Assembly: GCA_946550725.1 (NCBI GenBank)
Contig: CAMNQX010000009.1
Span: forward strand, 69 to 64,068
Direction of reading: 5' to 3'
DNA: 64,000 nucleotides
Origin: an uncultured Clostridia bacterium
GTDB taxonomy: Bacteria > Bacillota > Clostridia > Oscillospirales > Oscillospiraceae
Shown here: positions 1 through 8,024 of the stretch, piece by piece
How positions within the stretch are numbered: the stretch's first letter is position 1
Layout: each line of letters begins with the position of its first letter
Notes under the pieces: generated by a model
The model's database searches: none
What the model was told of the DNA's origin: nothing
What the model saw: the letters and a program-made list of their open reading frames with translations, nothing else
Made by a program: the position numbers and the translations under genes

Positions 1-29
1 ATGGCCGGAATCATCCTTTTTCCTGCCAT
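1..29 (-). CDS. 5' end (9 codons, MAGKRMIPA...) of an ORF that runs off the left edge and is translationally coupled to hsdM. It could be the type I specificity subunit, but it is too short to tell.
   Basis: The reverse complement of nt 1-31 reads TGATGGCAGGAAAAAGGATGATTCCGGCC. The ATG (29..27) shares its A with the hsdM stop TGA (31..29). Confidence 0.3.
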
Positions 30-2587
30 CACACTTTACCTCCCAAAAGAGAAATGAGCTCTTTGATCCCCTGACAGTCGTATTCATTGCCTTCAAGCTG
101 CCGGGCCAGGCCGATCAAGCTCTGTTCCGTTTCCCGCAGCTGCGTTTCAATGTCTTCACAGGTACTTTCATATTTTTTGTCCAGGTCGTTCAGCTTCTTG
201 ACAAAGGCCTCCACCACCTGCATCGGCAGCTGTGCCAGCCCAGACACCACCGGGGCAACCCATTTTTCGTCCAGAAGGGCCATCGCCTGTTCGTCTGTCA
301 GAGTTTCTATGGTCTCCTTGGTCTTCATGTGGAGAGCCGCAGACTCCTCTTTCAACTCCCTCTTGAGCTTTTTCTCCTCGTTAGAAAGGGCGTCCGCTTT
401 TTTGAGAGCCTCCAAGGTCTCCAGCTCACACTCCTGGGCCTTGATCGCCTTCTTGACCTCCGCCCAAACAAAGGCGTCGCCGGTCTCGTTGGTGAAGTCC
501 TTACTCTTATCCTCCTCGCTGAGCGCATCCAGCAGTTCCTCATATTGAGAGGCAATTTCAGAAAGCCGAGCTTCTTTCTCCTGAATGGCGGTCAGCTCTG
601 CCTTCAAATACCGCTCCTGCACCATAGAGAAAGGCATCACATGGCCTACCCAGCCCTCCTGAACCTCCTGATCGTGACCATCCTTTTTCTTCAGTACCAT
701 GTTGGGATCCACCTGCTTGGTGGCAGCAAATCCTTCTGTCTGAATGATCTCCAAATCAATGGAGATATGGCTCCACGCATCGTCCAGCATCTGGTAGGCC
801 TCATAGGGATCCACCAGCGGAATATCGGAAAGGCGTTTGAACACATCCGCACTCAAAATGGATTCTTCCTGGTTGCGGTTCAAAGTCTCCATTTGCTCCA
901 AGAGCTGTCCCCGAAGGAACTGGGGAAGTGTATCCAAGGCGGTATGGTATCCATCCAGAAAATTCTTCACGGACGGATGCTCGAAAACTGCTGTCTTTAC
1001 GTCATCGCTCGAGAAGGTGTAATAAGCGCCGTTTTCAGAGCGTAAGAGAGTATCTTTCAGGCCAGGGAAGGCGGCCCAATAAGCATCCATCTCCGCCAGT
1101 TCGGTTCCTGGAATACCACCAAACATAGAGGCATACAGATCCCAGCTCTCCGCCTTTTCAGACGAGTCCACATAGCGGGGAATATTTAGATTGTAATCGT
1201 TCTGGCGAATCTTTTCGCGGGTAACGACCTCGGCATACTTCTCTACTTTTTCCCTGGCAGTTACTGCGTCTACGATTTTCTTGATGTCTCTGGCTCGGAG
1301 CTTGTTGTTCTTTCCCTCTTTGGCAAATCCTTTAGACGCGTCAATAATCAGCACATCGGTGTTGGGCCTGCGCTGCCGGAGCACCATAATAATGGTAGGA
1401 ATACCGGTGCCAAAGAAGATGTTAGCGGGAAGCCCGATGATCGCGTCAATATGGTTTTGCTCGATCAGGTTTTTGCGGATGGTTCCCTCCTCGCCGCCAC
1501 GGAATAGGACCCCATGGGGCAAAACAATGGTCATAATCCCATCTGGGGTCAGGTGGTAGAGGTCATGGAGCAAAAATGCATAGTCTGCCTTTCCCTTGGG
1601 CGCCAGCCCAAACCGGGCATACCGGGGATCGGAATCCTTGCCAACAGGGTTCCACGCCTGGCTGTACGGGGGATTGGAGACTACCGCATCCACATAGAGG
1701 GGGTCATAGGTACCAACCGGGTCGGCGTCATCAAAGAAGGGCCAGTCCTCCTCTAATGTATCACCGTTCCGGGTGACAATATTGTCAGGCAGAATGCCCC
1801 GCATGACCAAATTCATCCGGGTCAGGTTATATGTATTCTCCTTCAGCTCCTGAGCGTAGTACTTGATTTTGTCCTCGCTGCCCATATAGCGGGCCACGCA
1901 CTTGCCAATATTGATAAGCAGAGAGCCAGATCCGCTGGTGGGGTCATAAATCTTGATTTCTGTGCGGTCCTTTAAGTGATGGGCAACAATCTCGGACATC
2001 AACAGCGAGACCTCATGGGGTGTGTAGAACTCTCCGGCCTTTTTCCCTGCATTGGCAGCGAAATTACTAATCAGGTATTCATAAATAAAACCCAGCACAT
2101 CATAGTCCTGCTTGCCGTCCATGGGGATATCCTTGATTAAGTAAAGAAGGTCACGTATGGCCTTTGTTCTGGCACCAGAGGTCTCACCCAATTTGGAGAG
2201 TCCGGTTTCCAGCGTTTTGAAGATTCCTTCGAATACACGGCGATGCGTGGGATTGATCAGCCGGGCAAAAGAAGAAAGGGCATCCGTAACTTGCCCCGCT
2301 TCGAAGTCGCTCCCCTGGCTAAGCCAAGTAGAAAACAGATACTTGTAGGGAATGAAGTATCCTATGTTTTTCCGAACACTATCAACAGTTTCTGTGTCCT
2401 CCTCTGTTAGCTGAGGAAGGTACTCGTCTGTCCAATCGTGGTCCTTGAGGTATTTTACCTCTTTGTCTGAAAGGAACTTATAGAAAATAAAACCCAGAAT
2501 ATAGTCCTTGTATTCGTTGGCCTCAATCTTGGAGCGCATCTTATTGGCAGATTCCCAAATCTTCGAGGCCAGTTGCTGCTTGTTCAT
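29..2587 (-). CDS. hsdM: Type I restriction-modification DNA methyltransferase subunit (HsdM, N6-adenine), long form with a C-terminal extension of about 360 aa.
   Basis: The N-terminus MNKQQLASKIWESANKMRSKIEANEYKDYILGFIFYKFLSD is a typical HsdM N-terminal domain. AdoMet motif YDPTSGSGSLL and catalytic motif VVSNPPYS (NPPY) are present. The ORF track opens at 2608, but a GGAGGGAG Shine-Dalgarno (2596-2603) lies 8 nt before the in-frame ATG at 2587, so the start is placed there. Confidence 0.9.
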   Translation of the reverse strand: MNKQQLASKIWESANKMRSKIEANEYKDYILGFIFYKFLSDKEVKYLKDHDWTDEYLPQLTEEDTETVDSVRKNIGYFIPYKYLFSTWLSQGSDFEAGQVTDALSSFARLINPTHRRVFEGIFKTLETGLSKLGETSGARTKAIRDLLYLIKDIPMDGKQDYDVLGFIYEYLISNFAANAGKKAGEFYTPHEVSLLMSEIVAHHLKDRTEIKIYDPTSGSGSLLINIGKCVARYMGSEDKIKYYAQELKENTYNLTRMNLVMRGILPDNIVTRNGDTLEEDWPFFDDADPVGTYDPLYVDAVVSNPPYSQAWNPVGKDSDPRYARFGLAPKGKADYAFLLHDLYHLTPDGIMTIVLPHGVLFRGGEEGTIRKNLIEQNHIDAIIGLPANIFFGTGIPTIIMVLRQRRPNTDVLIIDASKGFAKEGKNNKLRARDIKKIVDAVTAREKVEKYAEVVTREKIRQNDYNLNIPRYVDSSEKAESWDLYASMFGGIPGTELAEMDAYWAAFPGLKDTLLRSENGAYYTFSSDDVKTAVFEHPSVKNFLDGYHTALDTLPQFLRGQLLEQMETLNRNQEESILSADVFKRLSDIPLVDPYEAYQMLDDAWSHISIDLEIIQTEGFAATKQVDPNMVLKKKDGHDQEVQEGWVGHVMPFSMVQERYLKAELTAIQEKEARLSEIASQYEELLDALSEEDKSKDFTNETGDAFVWAEVKKAIKAQECELETLEALKKADALSNEEKKLKRELKEESAALHMKTKETIETLTDEQAMALLDEKWVAPVVSGLAQLPMQVVEAFVKKLNDLDKKYESTCEDIETQLRETEQSLIGLARQLEGNEYDCQGIKELISLLGGKV

Positions 2588-2606
2588 CTTTCTATCTCCC
2601 TCCAGC

Positions 2607-2620
2607 ATAAGTAGTACTAC
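2607..2620. repeat. Copy 1 of an identical 14-mer, ATAAGTAGTACTAC, containing the perfect 10-bp palindrome GTAGTACTAC. It lies just upstream of the hsdM ribosome-binding site.
   Basis: Exact string match with 3066-3079. GTAGTACTAC is its own reverse complement. Confidence 0.85.
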
Positions 2621-2659
2621 ATCTCAAAACACATATCAACCACGGCCGAAACGCCATCC

Positions 2660-3040
2660 TTATATGGTACTTTTAATATAGACATAGGATTGAGGTGCCG
2701 CCTTAACTCCGTAATCCGCGAGGGATTTTGCCTTTTTATAACGCCTAACGGTGCCGAGTGCATATGCAACAGCAATGTCTCTTCCAGCATAGTAAACATC
2801 AAAAAACGCTTTATCAATTCCTGCGTCATCAGCGGTGCGCGCCCATATTTTTTCTGGCGTATCTTCTAAAACATCGACAACTTCCGCCTCTGCAACCACC
2901 TGACCCACCGGTGCGGTAGAATAAATAATAATAGATTCAATTTCCTGCTTGCAACGTGTTTTGCGAAATTCAAAATGCTTTTTGCCCGCCAAAATATTTT
3001 CTACATGCTCTGGATTGATAGACATCAGCAGCTTGCACAT
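2660..3040 (-). CDS. ASCH-domain (PUA-like fold) protein, 126 aa.
   Basis: The N-terminus MSINPEHVENILAGKKHFEFRK and the overall size resemble the ASCH/YqfB-like family pattern (I.P.y...Il.G.K..E.R). A GAGGAGAG Shine-Dalgarno precedes the ATG at 3040. Confidence 0.7.
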   Translation of the reverse strand: MCKLLMSINPEHVENILAGKKHFEFRKTRCKQEIESIIIYSTAPVGQVVAEAEVVDVLEDTPEKIWARTADDAGIDKAFFDVYYAGRDIAVAYALGTVRRYKKAKSLADYGVKAAPQSYVYIKSTI

Positions 3041-3065
3041 ATAGCTCTCTCCTCATATTCTTTTG

Positions 3066-3079
3066 ATAAGTAGTACTAC
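3066..3079. repeat. Copy 2 of the 14-mer ATAAGTAGTACTAC (palindrome GTAGTACTAC), upstream of the ASCH gene ribosome-binding site.
   Basis: Exact string match with 2607-2620. Confidence 0.85.
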
Positions 3080-3089
3080 CGCAAATGCC

Positions 3090-3114
3090 AATAAAGCAAG
3101 TCACTTGCTTTATT
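3090..3114. repeat. AT-rich inverted repeat (11-bp stem, 3-nt loop) between the GNAT-fusion stop and the ASCH start.
   Basis: AATAAAGCAAG-TCA-CTTGCTTTATT read directly. No U-tract follows on the minus strand, so it is not called a terminator. Confidence 0.5.
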
Positions 3115-3120
3115 TCTGTA

Positions 3121-4206
3121 TCATAGTCCAAACACGTTCTCAAGTTTGACTCGGGCTGCTTGCCATATGGCCCGGCACTGTGTCGGAGTCAATTGCACTT
3201 GTGTTGGGTATTGTTGTTCGTTGGCCCACAAACCATTTTCTTTTAGCCAAACCATATTGAGGTTGCGCCCTGGGCCAAAATAGCCACAGTAGAGCATAGT
3301 AATAACCGTGATAGTTTGATCGTTGTCAAAGCGTTGCTTTAGCTCTTGCCGATCAAAAACCGTCTTATTTCCTGCCAGTGCTACAAACTCATCAAAGGAC
3401 ATCTTTGCTCGCCCATTTTCTTTTACCGATATCACGCCAGTTACCACACAGTAGGATGTCAAACACGACCTATATCCAGGGCGTCCTTCTGTTCCGGTAT
3501 ATTTGCGATAAATAAAAATTGGCTCTCCTATACGGTAATGCACATTCCAGGCCCTACCAATATACACCTTTGAAACACCATTAGCGGCATCCATGTCAAG
3601 CGGTTCATGTTGTGTATTTTTTAACTCGGAGTATGGAAATAGCGTGTCATGGTAGCCCTCATCAACGATTAAGTAACCACCCTTGCTAAAGTTCGGAGAT
3701 ACAAATGGAAAGGACTTATAAGGATCAGAAAAATCAATATCCTTGCGGCTGCGTAAATAGACTCCCTCTCCTCTGGCGTTGTACCCGGCCAGCTGAAAGC
3801 CAAAACGCTCTACCTGTGCAATTAAGTCCGTATGGCTTGGAAAAATCGTCACATAAATTTCAGCAAGCTTGCTGCGTTGCCAATACCACAGAACAAGTCC
3901 CAAAGCGCCTTCTCCCAAACGCTGCCCACGAAAACGCTCTGCCAACAGCATGGTGGCTATTTTAAGACGGGGCACCGCCGGAAGCTCACCGTTTTGCAAA
4001 AGAATCGGCTCATCTTCTTCCTTCTTCAGAGCAATAAAAGCTCCCAGCCCAGTAGCATCAAAAAATACTACCGCTTTTCGATCCTCTCGTATGCATTTTG
4101 GAAACCATTTGGTCGCAAATTCCGGATAGTCTGCCTTAAGCGAGGCGAATAGGGGATCGTTGATGTCAATTTCAGAAAAAGGTTTCTGCTCAAATTTGCC
4201 CGCCAC
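3121..4206 (-). CDS. GNAT-family acyltransferase-like N-terminal half fused to an unassigned C-terminal region of about 190 aa (361 aa, GTG start).
   Basis: RGQRLGEGALG fits the acetyl-CoA binding motif A (Q/R-x-x-G-x-G/A) of GNAT enzymes. The surrounding pattern (LKIATMLLAERF...IYVTIF...LIAQVERFGFQ) is consistent with a GNAT core. An AGGAGGGG Shine-Dalgarno precedes the GTG at 4206. I recognise no motif in the C-terminal half. Confidence 0.6.
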   Translation of the reverse strand: MAGKFEQKPFSEIDINDPLFASLKADYPEFATKWFPKCIREDRKAVVFFDATGLGAFIALKKEEDEPILLQNGELPAVPRLKIATMLLAERFRGQRLGEGALGLVLWYWQRSKLAEIYVTIFPSHTDLIAQVERFGFQLAGYNARGEGVYLRSRKDIDFSDPYKSFPFVSPNFSKGGYLIVDEGYHDTLFPYSELKNTQHEPLDMDAANGVSKVYIGRAWNVHYRIGEPIFIYRKYTGTEGRPGYRSCLTSYCVVTGVISVKENGRAKMSFDEFVALAGNKTVFDRQELKQRFDNDQTITVITMLYCGYFGPGRNLNMVWLKENGLWANEQQYPTQVQLTPTQCRAIWQAARVKLENVFGL

Positions 4207-4256
4207 TACACACCCCTCCTATTGTGTTATGTACGCCTATTCCCATACAATATATA

Positions 4257-4285
4257 GTATACCTCAAAGTTAGGGCTTTGTAAAT
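4257..4285 (-). promoter_or_regulatory. Sigma-70-like promoter for the GNAT-fusion gene: TTTACA, 17-nt spacer, TATACT.
   Basis: The minus-strand reading is TTTACAaagccctaactttgaggTATACT. The -10 is at 4257-4262 and the -35 at 4280-4285 in plus-strand coordinates. Confidence 0.55.
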
Positions 4286-4358
4286 CCTGGATTTGATCAA
4301 TATGCGGAGCTGCTTTTTTCATTGTTTACAGCATGGTAACGGTCGCCCTTCGGATAGC

Positions 4359-4673
4359 TTACTCGCACTCATCCAGGCAGTCTTGTACCTCGTCCAGCAT
4401 CTCCTCCAGCTTATCGTGGAGGTCTTCCCACTGTTCGTGGGCCTCGGTATCCTCGTCCTCTGGCTCAGCTGCGTCCAGCTGGCTCAACTTGTCCTCCAAC
4501 AGCTCTTCCATTCGGAGCAGTTCTGTTTCCTCCATGCTCTGGAAGTCGGGGCCGGTATCACGCTCAGCACGAACCTCAACCGCCAGTTCTCCATCTTCCT
4601 TGCGGTAAAAGTCAAAGGTCACGCTCAGACCCTCTTCCAGTGCCCTTTTCATGGCGGCAAAGTTATTTTCCAT
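4359..4673 (-). CDS. Hyper-acidic small protein of unknown function (104 aa).
   Basis: A strong Shine-Dalgarno (AAAGGAGG) lies 8 nt before the ATG. By hand count, 37 of 104 residues are Asp/Glu against 9 Lys/Arg. It shares its strand with all neighbouring genes. I recognise no family. Confidence 0.65.
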   Translation of the reverse strand: MENNFAAMKRALEEGLSVTFDFYRKEDGELAVEVRAERDTGPDFQSMEETELLRMEELLEDKLSQLDAAEPEDEDTEAHEQWEDLHDKLEEMLDEVQDCLDECE

Positions 4674-4802
4674 TACAAAAACCTCCTTTTTCGCTCTTCT
4701 GCCTTTGAGATGGCAGGTTTATAGAGAGACCATAGCACAGGATGTGTCCCAAAAGCAGGACTTTTTCCAGTGGGCGAGTGTTTTCTCTGCTTTTCTGCCC
4801 AC

Positions 4803-4841
4803 AAAAATGTAGCGGGCGCAGTCGAAATGACTGCGCCCGCT
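4803..4841 (-). terminator. Rho-independent terminator after the SauUSI-like gene.
   Basis: A perfect 13-bp GC-rich stem (AGCGGGCGCAGTC / GACTGCGCCCGCT) with a 5-nt loop is followed on the minus strand by ATTTTTGT. It lies 22 nt past the stop at 4863. Confidence 0.8.
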
Positions 4842-4862
4842 GTACTTTTCAACCTAATGCCC

Positions 4863-7800
4863 TTATCCCGCAATCAGCTTATTCGTCTTTTTCAAATACT
4901 TTGCTGGGATCGGCGTGTCCAGCTTCCATGTGATGTTCATGGGGCGGCTGCCCTGGTGGTTCATGTAACTTGCCGTTCCGAGGAAGGTGTAGGGGGCCGC
5001 GGCACCGGCTTCTTGCTTGAATTCCCGCACGAAAAGCAGCACGCGGCTACCCTGCTCAGCATGGTGGATGTACCGCTGCCCGGTAGACGATCTTTCTGAT
5101 GTGGTGCTCTGACTTTGCCAGTGAAACAGCGTTTCGTTGATGGAATAGTCCTTGTACATGGTAGTGGGCGAGTAGTCCTTGTCTGCCTTATTGAGCGTCA
5201 CAAAAAATACATCCAGCTTCTTCTCCGGCAGCCACTTCACGCCCTCGCGGACTGTGGCGGGCTTCATAAAGTCCAGCGCCACCAAGAGCTGATCTCGCGT
5301 ATAGGTGCAGTGCACATCCAGCGAGCAGGCAAAGCCCAGATCCGCCGGCGCGTCAATAAAGTCGATATGGTCATACCGGTATTGCAGCAGCCCTATGATC
5401 TCTCCCAGAAGCGCCGGACTGTTGGCCAGCGCGCGAAGATTATTTCGCACACCGTCGCTGTTCCAGTCCTCCGCTGCCTCCTGCCAGATGGTCACATACA
5501 GCATTTGCAGCATCCGCTGTTCCAGCTCCGGCAGCTTTGAAATATCCATCTTGTCCAGCCTGGGCAGCACATCCAGTAGGAAGGAGATCCAGCGGCGGGA
5601 ATCGATGGCGCAGAGCCTGGAAAGGGCTTTCGTCAGCGTAGCCTCCATAGGATCGGCAAAGTCCTCCCGAACTTCCGCTTCCACGCAGAGCCGCGAAAAG
5701 CTATATTTTCCGTAGATCGCCCGCACGTCCAGGTGGTAATAGTCCAGGAAATTGCCGAGCATAAGGGGTAGGCCGGTGTCCTCTTCAAAGGTGGCAATGC
5801 GGCTCACCAAACCGGCCTTCATACCAAAGGAGTTCTTGATATTATCCAGAATGGCCTTTGCCGCCAGCCTCTCCAGCTGGATGTAGCAGCCCTTGGGCAC
5901 AGAAACAAAGCCGTTTTTTAGCTCATGCTGCACGCTATGGGTGGTATTGGACAGCAGCGCCGCAAATTTCTCCTCAAAGTTGTACTTCTGATTGGCTTGG
6001 CCGATGAAGTCCAGGACCGTCAGGCAGTCCTTCCCCTCTGCCAGTCGCAGTCCTCGGCCAAGCTGCTGGAGGAAAATGGTCAGCGACTCGGTGGGACGCA
6101 GGAAAAGCACGGTGTTGACCTCTGGGATATCGACACCCTCATTGTAGATGTCCACCACAAAGATGAACCGCAGCTCGCCGGATATTAACCGGGCTTTGGC
6201 TGTCCGTCGCTCCTCATCGTTAGAGCCTCCCACCAGGGAGATGGAAGGAATGCCGGCAGCGTTGAAGCTCTCCGCCATGAATTTAGCATGCTCAATAGAG
6301 ACGCAGAAGCCCAGCCCCTTCACCGCCTCCATATCGGTGACATACTTGTCCAGGGACTGGATGATGTGATCCACCCGGCGCTGCGCTACGGTCCGGCTCA
6401 GGACATAGACCTTCTCCAGCTCCGACTTCTCATAGCCGCCTCTGGTCCAGCGAAGGTCATTCAGATCCACCGTATCGGTGACGCCAAAATACTGGAACGG
6501 GCACAACAGCTTGCGGTCAATGGCTTCCGGCAGGCGAATTTCCGCCGCGATGCGTCCGCCAAAGTAGTCCAGGATGCTCTTGCCGTCCATACGCTCCGGC
6601 GTCGCGGTAAGCCCCAGCAGGATCTTGGGCTGGAAGTGCTTGAGCAGCTTTTGATAGGTCGGCGCCGCCGCATGGTGGAACTCATCCACCACGATGTAAT
6701 CATAGTAGTCCGCAGGCAGCTTTTCATAGAGCGCTTGGGAATTCAAGGTTTGGACGGAGACGAAAAGGTGATCGACGCCTTCCGGCCTGAACCCGCCCAC
6801 AAAGAGCTCTCCAAAGTTCGGGTCCCTCAATACGCCCCGGAAGGTCTCCTGGCTTTGCTGCAAAATCTCCTCCCGGTGCGCCACAAACAGCAGCCGGTTT
6901 GCTTTCCCTGGATTTGCCTTGCAAAAATGCAGGTAGTCAAAGGCGGAGATCACCGTCTTGCCCGTTCCGGTTGCTGCCACTACCAGGTTGCGGTTCAGCC
7001 CTCGCACCTCTCGCTCCGCCTGGAGTTTGTCTAAGATTTCCTGCTGGTACGGATAGGGGCGAATGTCAAACACAAAGGTGCGGGCAGCCCCTTCCCCCAC
7101 AAAGCGTTCCGAGCGCAGGGCCTGGAAAAGCCGCTCCCTTTCCTCCTCCCGATAGCACTCAAACTCCGAGGAGTTCCAGTAGCTATCGAAGGTGGCCGAA
7201 ATCTTCTGGATGGTGTCCAGCAGGTCCTTGGCCGTCACCTTCACGTTCCACTCCAGTCCGCTGGAAATAGCTGCATTGGAAAGGTTAGATGAGCCCACAT
7301 AGGCAGTGGTAAACCCTGTGTCCCGGTAGAATACATAGGTCTTGGCGTGAAGGCGGGTGCGCTTGGTGTCATAGCTGACCTTGATCTCAGTGTTGGGCAG
7401 CTTCCGCAGCTCTTCAATGGCCTTGAGATCGGTGGCGCCCATGTAGGAGGTGGTGATGATCCGGAGCGTGCCTCCCCGCTGGGTAAATTCCCGCAGCTCA
7501 TCCATAATGAGCCGGAGCCCGCTCCACTTGATGAAGGACACCAGCATGTCGATCCGGTCCGCCGAGCCGATCTCCTTCTTCAGCTCAGAGAACATCTGGG
7601 GCTCATGGACTGCCCCTGTAAAGAGGCTGCTCTGGGCGATGGAGGTCTCCGGGCGGGTCATGTCTGCCGCCGTTTTTCCCGCGGCCAGCATGGGGTCGTT
7701 TTCCTTCAAAAGCGCAAGAAGCTGCTCCGAGCGCTGGTCCACACGCAGCGCGGCGAAGTCAGCCTCCTGGGTTCTCTCTTCAATCAGCCGGACGATCTCA

Positions 7801-8012
7801 TTGGTCAGTGAAATCTGGGACGGAAGCCCATCGCCGCCATCCTTCACATGGTCCAGTCCTTTTTGTATAACCTCGGTCAAATACTGGGTCAGTACCTGCG
7901 CCGCTTCTGCGGCATCGATAGGGGCAGTCGCCTGGCGGGTAGCCGGGAGCGCCGCCAGCTCCTGGCCGATCTCGTCGTTGATCACCTGCTCATAGAGCCC
8001 TGGCTTTAGCAT
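4863..8012 (-). CDS. SauUSI-like type IV (modification-dependent) restriction enzyme candidate with PLD nuclease, SF2 helicase/ATPase and DUF3427 domains (1049 aa).
   Basis: PLD signature LHAKTYVF...VGSSNLS. Helicase motifs VVAATGTGKT (Walker A), VVDEFHH (DExH), TATPER and QQLGRGLR. The C-terminal FFVTLNKADKDYSPTTMYKDYSINETLFHWQSQ string is typical of DUF3427. The domain order matches S. aureus SauUSI. Confidence 0.8.
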   Translation of the reverse strand: MLKPGLYEQVINDEIGQELAALPATRQATAPIDAAEAAQVLTQYLTEVIQKGLDHVKDGGDGLPSQISLTNEIVRLIEERTQEADFAALRVDQRSEQLLALLKENDPMLAAGKTAADMTRPETSIAQSSLFTGAVHEPQMFSELKKEIGSADRIDMLVSFIKWSGLRLIMDELREFTQRGGTLRIITTSYMGATDLKAIEELRKLPNTEIKVSYDTKRTRLHAKTYVFYRDTGFTTAYVGSSNLSNAAISSGLEWNVKVTAKDLLDTIQKISATFDSYWNSSEFECYREEERERLFQALRSERFVGEGAARTFVFDIRPYPYQQEILDKLQAEREVRGLNRNLVVAATGTGKTVISAFDYLHFCKANPGKANRLLFVAHREEILQQSQETFRGVLRDPNFGELFVGGFRPEGVDHLFVSVQTLNSQALYEKLPADYYDYIVVDEFHHAAAPTYQKLLKHFQPKILLGLTATPERMDGKSILDYFGGRIAAEIRLPEAIDRKLLCPFQYFGVTDTVDLNDLRWTRGGYEKSELEKVYVLSRTVAQRRVDHIIQSLDKYVTDMEAVKGLGFCVSIEHAKFMAESFNAAGIPSISLVGGSNDEERRTAKARLISGELRFIFVVDIYNEGVDIPEVNTVLFLRPTESLTIFLQQLGRGLRLAEGKDCLTVLDFIGQANQKYNFEEKFAALLSNTTHSVQHELKNGFVSVPKGCYIQLERLAAKAILDNIKNSFGMKAGLVSRIATFEEDTGLPLMLGNFLDYYHLDVRAIYGKYSFSRLCVEAEVREDFADPMEATLTKALSRLCAIDSRRWISFLLDVLPRLDKMDISKLPELEQRMLQMLYVTIWQEAAEDWNSDGVRNNLRALANSPALLGEIIGLLQYRYDHIDFIDAPADLGFACSLDVHCTYTRDQLLVALDFMKPATVREGVKWLPEKKLDVFFVTLNKADKDYSPTTMYKDYSINETLFHWQSQSTTSERSSTGQRYIHHAEQGSRVLLFVREFKQEAGAAAPYTFLGTASYMNHQGSRPMNITWKLDTPIPAKYLKKTNKLIAG

Positions 8013-8024
8013 CTCCCTGCCCCC

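Noticed and set aside
2617-2829. 70-aa minus-strand ORF overlapping the 3' half of the ASCH gene in another frame.
   Set aside because: It lies entirely inside the ASCH ORF and the hsdM upstream region, with no ribosome-binding site and no motif.
4293-4724. 143-aa plus-strand ORF (and the 91-aa ORF at 4333-4608) opposite the acidic-protein gene.
   Set aside because: The Leu/Phe-rich translation is what the antisense of a Glu-rich gene produces. It has no Shine-Dalgarno and is on the opposite strand to every neighbouring gene. The minus-strand ORF has AAAGGAGG 8 nt before its ATG.
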